Of a stretch of 64,000 bases of DNA, positions 1 through 7,697 are shown piece after piece. The notes beneath the pieces were generated by a model. The model ran no database searches. It saw nothing but the letters and a program-made list of their open reading frames with translations, and had not been told where the DNA came from. Source of the DNA: a virus (lineage: Duplodnaviria; Caudoviricetes). The position numbers and the translations under genes are program-made. Positions within the stretch are counted from its first letter, which is position 1, and the number at the start of each line of letters is the position of its first letter. The stretch lies in IMG/VR virus record IMGVR_UViG_2811995091_000080, positions 1-64,000 of that record; one strand, written 5' to 3'.

Positions 1-296
1 GCCGCGAAGAAGCTTTCGATGATAAGCTGCTCGCACTCTTCGGCCTCCGCATGAACGGCTTGCGCCTCGCCATCGCCAATCGCAAAGCCAATCGTGCAGA
101 TATGGCCGTGCGCAGGATCGAAGCTGGTCTTGGCGACGATCTCGTCAGCCGCCGCGTCGCCATTCTCCGCAATCCATTTGTCGATGCTCTCCTGCTTCTT
201 GTAGCTGGCAGGGGCCTTGATGTTCTTGCGAACCTCGGCGCGGTATTCCGGCGACTGGTTCGGGATCGTCTCAATGTCGAGATATATCGTGTTCAT
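1..296 (-). CDS. DnaQ/PolB-like 3'-5' exonuclease (N-terminal part, truncated by window edge)
   Basis: Nearly identical to 43157-43452. Starts MNTIYLDIETIP (DxE exonuclease I motif). Confidence 0.85.
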   Translation of the reverse strand, partial: MNTIYLDIETIPNQSPEYRAEVRKNIKAPASYKKQESIDKWIAENGDAAADEIVAKTSFDPAHGHICTIGFAIGDGEAQAVHAEAEECEQLIIESFFA

Positions 297-442
297 GCCG
301 CCACCTCGTGCAAGATGAAGGCGATGAACCATGCAAGCGAAGTAAGGCCCCAGACCACCTTGGTGGGGCGGTGCTGACTTGAGCAAGCGAGCAAAATGCA
401 GAGAAGGCACACTGCGTAGCGAAGAATGGCGCCGTCGCTCAT
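293..442 (-). CDS. Small membrane protein (49 aa)
   Basis: My translation MSDGAILRYAVCLLCILLAC...LAWFIAFILHEVAA. ATGA overlaps with both neighbours. Confidence 0.5.
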   Translation of the reverse strand: MSDGAILRYAVCLLCILLACSSQHRPTKVVWGLTSLAWFIAFILHEVAA

Positions 443-627
443 GCCGCCACCTTCTCGGTAGCGTTGCTAATCGCGCCTCGCGGGGTGAAGCCGGTGGCCT
501 CGCGCCCGTCCTTCATGACGACGCGAAAGCCAATGGTGAGGCGTTCGATCAGGCGCACGCCTTCCGCGTCCATCGCTTCTGCGATGCGGCATGGCTCGCC
601 AGCCTCGATCCGTGCAAATGCGTTCAT
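439..627 (-). CDS. Hypothetical protein, first gene of pL operon A
   Basis: RBS AAGGAG. Positional and weak sequence counterpart of 43449-43625. Confidence 0.65.
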   Translation of the reverse strand: MNAFARIEAGEPCRIAEAMDAEGVRLIERLTIGFRVVMKDGREATGFTPRGAISNATEKVAA

Positions 628-650
628 AAACCAACTCCTTTGTGGAGCCG

Positions 651-695
651 GTTATGCTTTATGCGTTACCCCTTGTCAAACGCAAATTGCATTAT
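651..695 (-). promoter_or_regulatory. pL of A with two repressor operators
   Basis: Minus strand TTGACA-17-CATAAC. GTTATGCTTTATGCGTTAC (651-669) is nearly the reverse complement of 1066-1084. Second related site at 677-695. Confidence 0.75.
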
Positions 696-1018
696 TTTTG
701 CACTTCTGCCAATCCGCGCAGGTATCCGATGGCTTCTGCCTTCTTAATCGGCGGTAGCTGGCGGAAGAGTCGCACCACCTCGGCTTTGGGATCGTCCGTC
801 TCTCCGGGAGCATCGCCCTTGCCATATAAGAGCCATTCCTCCGTCACCTTATAGCGCCGGGCGTAAATAGCTGCTTTCTTGGCGGGAAAGCCTCGACTGC
901 CGTTTTCGTGGCCTAGATATGTGGAGACGGGAAAGCCTAGCGCCTCGGCTGCTTCCTTGCCCGTATTATACCCTGCCCGCACTCGGGCGTGGCGCAATCT
1001 GTCTGCTGGCGTGTCCAT
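692..1018 (-). CDS. XRE-family prophage repressor (cI-like, 108 aa, no S24 peptidase domain)
   Basis: HTH (RLRHARVRAGYNTGKEAAEALGFPVSTYLGHENG), divergent from cro. Likely start ATG 1018. Confidence 0.85.
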   Translation of the reverse strand: MDTPADRLRHARVRAGYNTGKEAAEALGFPVSTYLGHENGSRGFPAKKAAIYARRYKVTEEWLLYGKGDAPGETDDPKAEVVRLFRQLPPIKKAEAIGYLRGLAEVQK

Positions 1019-1055
1019 GCCTTGAGAATAATTGAAAGAATTACGCAAAAGGCGC

Positions 1056-1084
1056 TTGCATTCCGGTAACGCATATTGCATAAC
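1056..1084 (+). promoter_or_regulatory. pR of A overlapping operator GTAACGCATATTGCATAAC
   Basis: TTGCAT-17-CATAAC, 6 nt before the cro ATG. Operator at 1066-1084. Confidence 0.75.
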
Positions 1085-1090
1085 ACCGTT

Positions 1091-1288
1091 ATGCGTAGCC
1101 ACACCGAAATCATCGAAGCCGTAGGGGTCGAGCCTTTGGCCGAGCTGACCGGCAAGTCCATTCATACCATCCGCTCCTGGAAGCAGCGCAAGCGCATTCC
1201 GGTGGACTGCTGGCTGCTTCTCGTAAGCGAAGGCGCGGCGGGTGCTGACGAACTCATGTCAGGCGTGGCGCAGGGACGCGCAGCGTGA
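1091..1288 (+). CDS. Cro-like protein / transcriptional regulator
   Basis: Short HTH (VEPLAELTGKSIHTIRSWKQRKRIP) divergent from the repressor. Confidence 0.8.
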   Translation: MRSHTEIIEAVGVEPLAELTGKSIHTIRSWKQRKRIPVDCWLLLVSEGAAGADELMSGVAQGRAA

Positions 1289-1290
1289 TG

Positions 1291-1503
1291 CTAGCCGGTT
1301 CGCCTGAATGGGATCGCCCCGCGCTTCTCGAAAAAGCCCTCAGCGACAGCTTGGCTTTCCTCGACGGCTTGCAAGAAGTCGTGCGGCAGGAAACCGAAGC
1401 GCAGGTCGCGCCCGCCGCATGGGATGGACAGGATAAACAGGCCGCGCTCCTCACAAAAGGTCGGCGGCCCCTCAGACATAACGAGCATTCCTTTTCGGTG
1501 CAT
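1291..1503 (-). CDS. Small antisense protein, candidate SOS-induced antirepressor
   Basis: Strong RBS GGGAGG inside a LexA box. Positional counterpart at 44317-44544. Confidence 0.6.
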   Translation of the reverse strand: MHRKGMLVMSEGPPTFCEERGLFILSIPCGGRDLRFGFLPHDFLQAVEESQAVAEGFFEKRGAIPFRRTG

Positions 1504-1518
1504 GTTCCCTCCCTGTTC
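1504..1518. promoter_or_regulatory. Alphaproteobacterial LexA (SOS) box GTTC-N7-GTTC
   Basis: GTTCCCTCCCTGTTC directly abuts the ATG of 1291-1503. Retained in B at 44545-44559. Confidence 0.7.
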
Positions 1519-1631
1519 TCTTTTGGAACGGTAGTCAACATGCCGGATCGAGTCCGGTCAATCTGCGCAAAAACACCTGTCCCGCATCGGGATAAGCCTT
1601 TGGCGAGAATATACAATTTTGGAGGTGCGGC

Positions 1632-1781
1632 ATGATCCTCGCGCTTGTCTGCATCGTCATGTGGGCCGTGTTCTTCGGCCTTCTTCGCCTCAACGAGCAT
1701 GTGCGGAGCCGCCACCATAGCGGCTCTACTCGCACCGATGTTTTGTCCTTTCCTCATGATTGGAGTGATACCAATGCTTAG
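1632..1781 (+). CDS. Small single-TM protein
   Basis: MILALVCIVMWAVFFGLLRL..., RBS GGAGG. Homolog at 44673-44840. Confidence 0.55.
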   Translation: MILALVCIVMWAVFFGLLRLNEHVRSRHHSGSTRTDVLSFPHDWSDTNA

Positions 1782-2232
1782 CAACGCGGTCGTTCGGAAA
1801 GCGGCCTTTCTTACGAACGCTCGCGCGAAGGCGTTGGCAGCGGAAGGCATCCAGTCGGCAGTCAAGGAACACGGCAAAGATCGTGTTGCCGAAGCTGCGG
1901 ACGTTCAGGTTCGCACGGTCGAGAAGTGGATGTCGGAAGCATCCTGCCCGTCCCTGCCCGACCTATTCAACGTGGCAAGTCTTCACTCGCCGGTCGCAAC
2001 CGCGATCCTTGAAGAGATGGGCTGGGCCAGCCTGACCCGTTCGGTTTCCAATCCGGCCAACGACATGGAGGTTGCTGCGAACCTTGGCCACGCGGTTGCG
2101 GAGATGATCGACCGTCTGCGCGATGGCACCCGCTGCCACGTGGACACTGCTGTTCTCGCCGCCCTGTTCCGCCAGCTTATCCCGCAGATGCAAGCCATCG
2201 TGGACGAGGACAACGCGCGGAGGGCTGCATAA
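1774..2232 (+). CDS. CII-like regulator (HTH)
   Basis: cII position, HTH-like segment RVAEAADVQVRTVEKWM. Counterpart at 44837-45283. Confidence 0.6.
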   Translation: MLSNAVVRKAAFLTNARAKALAAEGIQSAVKEHGKDRVAEAADVQVRTVEKWMSEASCPSLPDLFNVASLHSPVATAILEEMGWASLTRSVSNPANDMEVAANLGHAVAEMIDRLRDGTRCHVDTAVLAALFRQLIPQMQAIVDEDNARRAA

Positions 2233-2681
2233 TGGGCAACTACACCTCCCCCGCACAGATGCGCGCCTCGCTGGCTAACGTCATCACCGACGAGCAGATG
2301 CTTGAGAAGGTGGTCGGTGACTACTTCAAGCGCAACGCCCCTGCTCCCGTATCGAAGCAGGCCCCCGTTACCGGCTATCGCCCGAAGGCGCATTACGCTG
2401 CCCCTGCCAAGTCGAGCATCGTCCAGCAGGACGAAGACTATCACACGCACATGGAGCGCGGCTCTGAGGCGCTGGCGCAGGCAATCGAGACGATGCTTGC
2501 CGGTGGAGTCCCCAAGACACCGAGCCGCCTTATCTGGAGCACCGTAAGCGGCGCTGATGCTGGTCAAGGGGTCACTGAACGCGATGCGATCCCCCGCCCC
2601 ACTTACAAGGTTGTCACATACAGCACGCCCTGCATGAAGTGCGGCGCTGCCCGTTCGTGCGCTCACAGGGGCGGCGAATAA
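2232..2681 (+). CDS. Hypothetical protein with C-terminal CxxC motif
   Basis: Clear homolog at 45563-46012. Confidence 0.75.
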   Translation: MGNYTSPAQMRASLANVITDEQMLEKVVGDYFKRNAPAPVSKQAPVTGYRPKAHYAAPAKSSIVQQDEDYHTHMERGSEALAQAIETMLAGGVPKTPSRLIWSTVSGADAGQGVTERDAIPRPTYKVVTYSTPCMKCGAARSCAHRGGE

Positions 2682-3187
2682 TGGGCAAGGAATGGCGAAC
2701 CCTTGAATGGCTCCCCGACTACGCGATCAGCGAAGACGGAGATATTGAGCGCGTTGTTGATGGTGTGACCCGCAAGGCTGGTTTCCGCCCGCGTGGCAAC
2801 ACGCACAACGGCTATCTTCGGTATAAGCTCAGTATCGACGGGAAAAAGCGAATGCTCCTTGCGCACAGATTGGTGTGTGAGGCGTGGCACGGCACACCGC
2901 CTACGTCCAAGCATCATGCCGCTCATGGCGATGGAAACCCGCTCAACAATCACTTCTCGAACCTTCGCTGGGCAACGTGCTTGGAGAACCAGCGCGACCG
3001 CCGCAAGCACGGCACCGCCCCCATAGGCGAGAACAACCCGCGCGCAAAAATCACCGCTGCGCAAGCGCGTGAAATCAAGCGCCGCTATTGTGGCCGCTAC
3101 GGTCAAGTCGCTCAACTCTCTCGCGAGTTCGGACTTAGCCATTCGGCCACCTTGTCGATCTGCAAGGGGGAGCATTGGAATGGCTGA
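2681..3187 (+). CDS. Free-standing HNH homing endonuclease (NUMOD4-like N-terminus)
   Basis: AHRLVCEAW...HAAHGDGNPLNNHFSNLRWATCLEN. Absent from B. Confidence 0.9.
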   Translation: MGKEWRTLEWLPDYAISEDGDIERVVDGVTRKAGFRPRGNTHNGYLRYKLSIDGKKRMLLAHRLVCEAWHGTPPTSKHHAAHGDGNPLNNHFSNLRWATCLENQRDRRKHGTAPIGENNPRAKITAAQAREIKRRYCGRYGQVAQLSREFGLSHSATLSICKGEHWNG

Positions 3188-3512
3188 CCCGGCTAACGTC
3201 CGTCGCGGCAAGAACAACAAACGCCGTGGTGCGAACTACGAAAGAGAGCTGGTGCAGGACTTCGCCGCCTTCGGGCTGCGTTCGCGCCGTGTGCCCCTCT
3301 CTGGTGCCACTGAATACGCCAAGAACGATGTCGAGGTGACGGCAGGGTTCGACGGCAAGACCGTATTCAGCGGGGAAGCCAAGCGCCGCAAGGCCCTGCC
3401 CAAGTTCTTCACCGAAGCACTCGACGGCGCGGACTTTGCAGCTTTCCGCCAGGACCACGGCGAAACGCTCATTGTCATGCGCCTCCAGACATTCGCGGAG
3501 CTACTGCAATGA
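3180..3512 (+). CDS. PD-(D/E)xK Holliday junction resolvase-like nuclease
   Basis: GANYEREL...ND...EAKRRK motifs. Homolog at 46012-46320. Confidence 0.75.
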   Translation: MADPANVRRGKNNKRRGANYERELVQDFAAFGLRSRRVPLSGATEYAKNDVEVTAGFDGKTVFSGEAKRRKALPKFFTEALDGADFAAFRQDHGETLIVMRLQTFAELLQ

Positions 3513-3976
3513 GCAAGCCGAGCCATATTCCGGTATTCCCGGACGCATATTTGCGCGACAATTTTCGCCTCACTCTTGAGCAACACGGCTTGTTCTTGAT
3601 GCTGATGATGGAGGCTTGGAACAGCCCCGATTGCTCGCTTCCCGACAACGAGAAAGACCTTGCGAAGATCGCGGGCATCACGCCTGCCCGCTTCCGCAAG
3701 ATTTCGCCGGAAGTCCTTGAAAAATGGACCCGAGACGGTGGCCGCATCTACCAAAAGCGCCTGCTGAAAGAGTGGCGTTATGTGCGCGAAAAGAGCGCCA
3801 AAAGGAAGGCCGCAGCGAACAGCCGGTGGCAGCAGCAAGACGCATCCAAATGCAATGCAAATGCAATGCACCTAGGTGGAGGTGAAGGTGAAGGTGGAGG
3901 TGGCCTTAGCCAAGGTAGCAGTTTTAGGGATGAGGTAGGCGACAAGCCGTTTCGCGTTGTGGGAGGCGGCAAGTGA
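3509..3976 (+). CDS. YdaU/DUF1376-like replication protein
   Basis: PVFPDAYLRDNFRLTLEQHGLFLMLMMEAW N-terminus, upstream of helicase/primase. Confidence 0.7.
   Translation: MSKPSHIPVFPDAYLRDNFRLTLEQHGLFLMLMMEAWNSPDCSLPDNEKDLAKIAGITPARFRKISPEVLEKWTRDGGRIYQKRLLKEWRYVREKSAKRKAAANSRWQQQDASKCNANAMHLGGGEGEGGGGLSQGSSFRDEVGDKPFRVVGGGK
3841..3871. repeat. Short AAATGCAATGC tandem repeat, possible origin iterons of A
   Basis: CGCATCCAAATGCAATGCAAATGCAATGCAC inside the initiator-like gene. Confidence 0.4.
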
Positions 3977-5457
3977 GCGCGCTCCCACTGTTCAAGGCTG
4001 AGCCGTTCCAGCCCCGTCCGCTTCGCCCGCACCAGAGCAAGGCTATGGCGATGCTTGGCCGGTCGTTCATGGCCGGTAACAACCGCATCGTCCTCCAGAT
4101 GCCTACTGGCGCAGGCAAGACCCGCACCGCAGCCGAGATCGTGACTGGCGCCCTCCGCAAGGGCAACCGTGTCTGCTTCACCGTTCCGGCAATCAGCCTG
4201 ATCGACCAGACCGTCGAAGCTTTCGAGCGCGAAGGCATCGACCACATCGGCGTTCTGCAAGCGAGCCACCCTCGCACTGACTACGCGGCCCCCGTCCAGG
4301 TGGCTTCGGTCCAAACAATCTCCCGCCGCTTCCTGCCCGAGTGCGAGGTTGTGGTGGTCGATGAATGCCACTTGCGGTTCAAGGCGATCAGCGAATGGAT
4401 GCAACAGGATGGCAAGCGCACGTTTATCGGGCTGTCGGCTACGCCTTGGGCGCGCGGCATGGCCGAGGACTGGCAAGACCTAGTTAGCCCCGTCTCGATG
4501 CAGGAGCTTATCGACGCGGGCTGGCTCTCTCCGTTCCGTGTGTTCGCCCCGTCTCACCCTGATCTTAGCGGCGTCAAAACCGTGGCGGGGGACTATCACG
4601 AAGGCCAGCTTGGCGACGTGATGGGCGAAAGCCGGTTGGTGGCCGATGTGGTCGAGACCTGGCTAAAGCGGGCCGAGGGACGCCCGACGCTGGTGTTCGC
4701 TGTCAACCGCGCCCACGCCCGCAAAATCCAAGAGCAGTTCGCCGCTTCCGGCGTGTCGATGGGCTACTGCGATGCGCATGTGGATCTGGTCGAGCGCCAA
4801 TTGCTGTTCGACCGCATGGCGCGGGGTGAGATTGCCGGGATCGTCAATGTCGGGACGCTGACAACGGGCGTCGATGCCGATGTGCGCTGCGTCGTGATGG
4901 CGCGTCCTACCAAGTCCGAAATGCTGTTCGTGCAGTGCATCGGTCGCGGCCTGCGCACCGCAGCGGGCAAGGATGATTGCCTGATCCTCGACCACGCGGA
5001 CAACCATGCACGGCTCGGCTTTGTGACCGACATCCACCATGACCGCCTGCTGACTGGCAAGGAAAAGCTGGAGAGCAAGCGGGCCGAGAAGCCGGAGAAC
5101 CTGCCCCGCGAATGCCCGTCCTGCGGAACGCTGAAAACGCGCGGCCCCTGCCCTTCGTGCGGCTTCAAGCCCGAGCGGCAGAGTGAAATCGAGTTCGAGG
5201 AAGGCGAGCTGGTCGAGGTCGCACCGAAGCAGGCGAAACCGACAATGGCCGACAAGCAACGCTGGTATTCGGAGCTTCTTTCGATCCGCAACCAGCGCGG
5301 ACGGTCTGCCGGTTGGCTGGCACACGCATACCGCGACAAGTTCGGAGTTTGGCCGCGTGGGCTGGAGGAGCGTTCGGCAACGCCCTCGCCCGAGGTGCTG
5401 GGCTTCGTGAAGGCCAAAGACATCCGATTTGCAAAGCGCAGGGAGGCGAAACGATGA
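3973..5457 (+). CDS. SF2 DEAD/DEAH-box helicase with C-terminal zinc finger
   Basis: PTGAGKT, DECH, GLSATP, QCIGRGLR, CPSC...CPSC. Confidence 0.95.
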   Translation: MSALPLFKAEPFQPRPLRPHQSKAMAMLGRSFMAGNNRIVLQMPTGAGKTRTAAEIVTGALRKGNRVCFTVPAISLIDQTVEAFEREGIDHIGVLQASHPRTDYAAPVQVASVQTISRRFLPECEVVVVDECHLRFKAISEWMQQDGKRTFIGLSATPWARGMAEDWQDLVSPVSMQELIDAGWLSPFRVFAPSHPDLSGVKTVAGDYHEGQLGDVMGESRLVADVVETWLKRAEGRPTLVFAVNRAHARKIQEQFAASGVSMGYCDAHVDLVERQLLFDRMARGEIAGIVNVGTLTTGVDADVRCVVMARPTKSEMLFVQCIGRGLRTAAGKDDCLILDHADNHARLGFVTDIHHDRLLTGKEKLESKRAEKPENLPRECPSCGTLKTRGPCPSCGFKPERQSEIEFEEGELVEVAPKQAKPTMADKQRWYSELLSIRNQRGRSAGWLAHAYRDKFGVWPRGLEERSATPSPEVLGFVKAKDIRFAKRREAKR

Positions 5458-6365
5458 AACCGAGGACTGCGGACATGGCGCGCGGCAAGTGGCGGGGCAT
5501 CCTGCTATCGCTGGGCATCGACCAACGGCACCTGACCGGTAAGCACGGCTCCTGCCCGATGTGCGAGGGCACCGACCGTTTCCGTTGGGACAACCAGCAC
5601 GGCAACGGTGGCTATATCTGCAACCAGTGTGGCGCTGGCAACGGCTTTGACTTGCTGATGCAGGTTAAGGGCTGGGACTTCGCCACGGCGGCGCAAAAGG
5701 TCGATGAGATCGTGGGCAACGTCCAGCGCGAGCCTATGCCGAAGCAGATCGATCAGCGCACCCGCGCCGATATGCTGAACCGGCTCTGGACTTCGGGCCA
5801 GCGCATTACAGCGGGCGATCCGGCATTCGCCTACCTGTCGAGCCGCGCCACGCTGCCCAAGTCGCTGCCTAGCTGTCTGCGGTTCGTGGCAGAGTGCCCC
5901 GCGCCTGATGGTGTGAAGCGCCCCGCCCTCCTGGCACTTGTGCAGGGAGCCGATGGGGATGCGGCTAACATACACCGCACGTTCCTTGGCCCAGACGGCA
6001 AGGCCGATATGGATAACCCCCGCGCCATGATGCCCGGTTCGCTGCCGGAGGGATCGGCGGTGCGCCTGTTCCCGGTGCATGGCGAACGGTTGGGCATTGC
6101 CGAGGGTATCGAGACGGCTTTCGCCGCCGCCGCAAGGTTCGGCATTCCGGTCTGGAGCGCGATTAATTCAACGATGCTGTCGAAGTGGACCCCGCCTGCT
6201 GGCGTGAAGGAGGTTGCCGTATTCGGTGACTGCGACGCCAAGTTCGGCGGGCAGGCTGCGGCCTATACCCTTGCGCATCGGTTGGCCGGTCGGATGCGGC
6301 TCGATGTGTCGGTTCACATACCGGGGAAGGTCGGTCGCGATTGGGCCGATAGCGATGTCGCATGA
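5454..6365 (+). CDS. P4 alpha-type zinc finger plus TOPRIM primase
   Basis: HGSCPMCEGTDRF...CNQC zinc finger. IAEGIETA and GDCD TOPRIM acidic motifs. Confidence 0.9.
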   Translation: MKPRTADMARGKWRGILLSLGIDQRHLTGKHGSCPMCEGTDRFRWDNQHGNGGYICNQCGAGNGFDLLMQVKGWDFATAAQKVDEIVGNVQREPMPKQIDQRTRADMLNRLWTSGQRITAGDPAFAYLSSRATLPKSLPSCLRFVAECPAPDGVKRPALLALVQGADGDAANIHRTFLGPDGKADMDNPRAMMPGSLPEGSAVRLFPVHGERLGIAEGIETAFAAAARFGIPVWSAINSTMLSKWTPPAGVKEVAVFGDCDAKFGGQAAAYTLAHRLAGRMRLDVSVHIPGKVGRDWADSDVA

Positions 6366-6526
6366 AGGTTGGCGAAGGTGCGGGGAAGTTCATCGCGGAC
6401 TGCTTCGGCAACGAGCCGACCGAAGTCATCCGCCAACGCTGGAAAGACGGCGAATACGGAACCGGCAATTTGGCCCCAAGGGCGGATTACGTGAAGGCAT
6501 GGATGAAACAGGCGGGGAGGAAGTGA
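6362..6526 (+). CDS. Small hypothetical protein
   Basis: Fills the gap between neighbours with overlapping start/stop codons. Confidence 0.45.
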   Translation: MKVGEGAGKFIADCFGNEPTEVIRQRWKDGEYGTGNLAPRADYVKAWMKQAGRK

Positions 6527-7374
6527 TGGAAGCAGTATGGAAGAACCACAACCCGCTACTTTCGCGGCCCATTCTTAACCCGACGATGCGGGTGGTTTCG
6601 CATGGCGGCGGGGTGCAGACGTCTACGTTGCTCGTCATGGCCGCGCGTGGCGACATCGGGCCGATGCCAGATGCCGCAATTGTCGCTGATACGGGCGACG
6701 AGCCGAAGGAGGTGTGGGAGTATCTTGATTACATCGAGCCGATGATCCCGTTCCCCATCTACAAGGTGCAGCGCGGGGACATAATCCAACACATCAAGCG
6801 GGGCAAGAACCCGAATGACATAGGCCAGCGCGCCACCCTCCCTCTCTACTTGCAGGATGGGGGGCAGATGATGCGGACATGCACAGCCTCGCTCAAGATT
6901 GACGCTGTGACCGCTAAAATCCGCGAGATGATGGGGCTGACTAAGGGGCAGAAGCCGCCGAAGGATACGCTTGTTGAGGTGTGGATCGGCATCAGTATGG
7001 ACGAGAAGCGCCGCGCTGGAGGATTTCCGGCAAAGCCCTGGCAGTCCGTGCGTTACCCCCTGCTTGAAGCCGATATGACGCGAGGCGATTGCGAACGGTA
7101 TCTTGCGGAGCGACAAATCAAAATCCCGCCGCGTTCTCGCTGTCGGATATGCCCTTATCGCAGTGACGAGAGCTGGCGCGAACTTTCGCCGGAAGATTTT
7201 GAACACGCCTGTCGCGTGGATGACATGATGCGTGAGGGCGGCACCCCTCTAAAGGGCATGGACAGCCTTGCCTACCTCCATCGGGATAGGAAGCCGCTGC
7301 GCGATGTCGATCTTACCGCCCCCAGCATGGGGCTGCCCCTTGAAGACGATTGCTTTGGAGTATGCGGAACATGA
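6526..7374 (+). CDS. PAPS reductase-like PP-loop (adenine nucleotide alpha-hydrolase) protein
   Basis: SHGGGVQTS PP-loop, ADTGDE, CT...LKI, RSRCRICPY, terminal Cys cluster. Confidence 0.8.
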   Translation: MEAVWKNHNPLLSRPILNPTMRVVSHGGGVQTSTLLVMAARGDIGPMPDAAIVADTGDEPKEVWEYLDYIEPMIPFPIYKVQRGDIIQHIKRGKNPNDIGQRATLPLYLQDGGQMMRTCTASLKIDAVTAKIREMMGLTKGQKPPKDTLVEVWIGISMDEKRRAGGFPAKPWQSVRYPLLEADMTRGDCERYLAERQIKIPPRSRCRICPYRSDESWRELSPEDFEHACRVDDMMREGGTPLKGMDSLAYLHRDRKPLRDVDLTAPSMGLPLEDDCFGVCGT

Positions 7375-7697
7375 CACGTGCGGAAACGATAAGCTATCCG
7401 GTGCAGATTTGGATTGCAGGCGATCACGCAAAGGCGATCGAGACATGCCGCTCCTATTGTGATGAAATGGGGTTCTGCGTCACGGTTACGCCGACCACCT
7501 ACGTCTACACTGGCGGGCAAGAGGCGGGAGTCTGCATCGGGCTAATCAACTATGGGCGTTTTCCCTCCGAACCACGCTCGATCTTCAACCGCGCTCGCGA
7601 GATTGGCGATGTGCTTTTGAAGGCGCTGGGCAGAAATCATACACCATCCAAGCGCCAGACAGGACGCTTTGGATTAGCCATCGAGAGCGCCGCCTAA
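7371..7697 (+). CDS. Conserved phage hypothetical protein, C-terminus probably frameshifted
   Basis: CVTVTPTTYVYTGGQEAGVCIGLINYGRFP. A plausible C-terminus (KSYTIQAPDRTLWIS) lies in another frame. Confidence 0.6.
   Translation: MTRAETISYPVQIWIAGDHAKAIETCRSYCDEMGFCVTVTPTTYVYTGGQEAGVCIGLINYGRFPSEPRSIFNRAREIGDVLLKALGRNHTPSKRQTGRFGLAIESAA

Noticed and set aside
1285-1635. Plus-strand ORFs 1285-1635 and 44308-44676 sharing a conserved C-terminal peptide
   Set aside because: The shared peptide only reflects the 90-nt identical DNA block. The minus-strand ORFs have the strong RBSs. A plus-strand product cannot be fully excluded.
3876-3906. GGTGGAGGTGAAGGTGAAGGTGGAGGTGGC and the EPEPEAEPEP repeat at 62510-62545
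   Set aside because: Low-complexity coding linkers.
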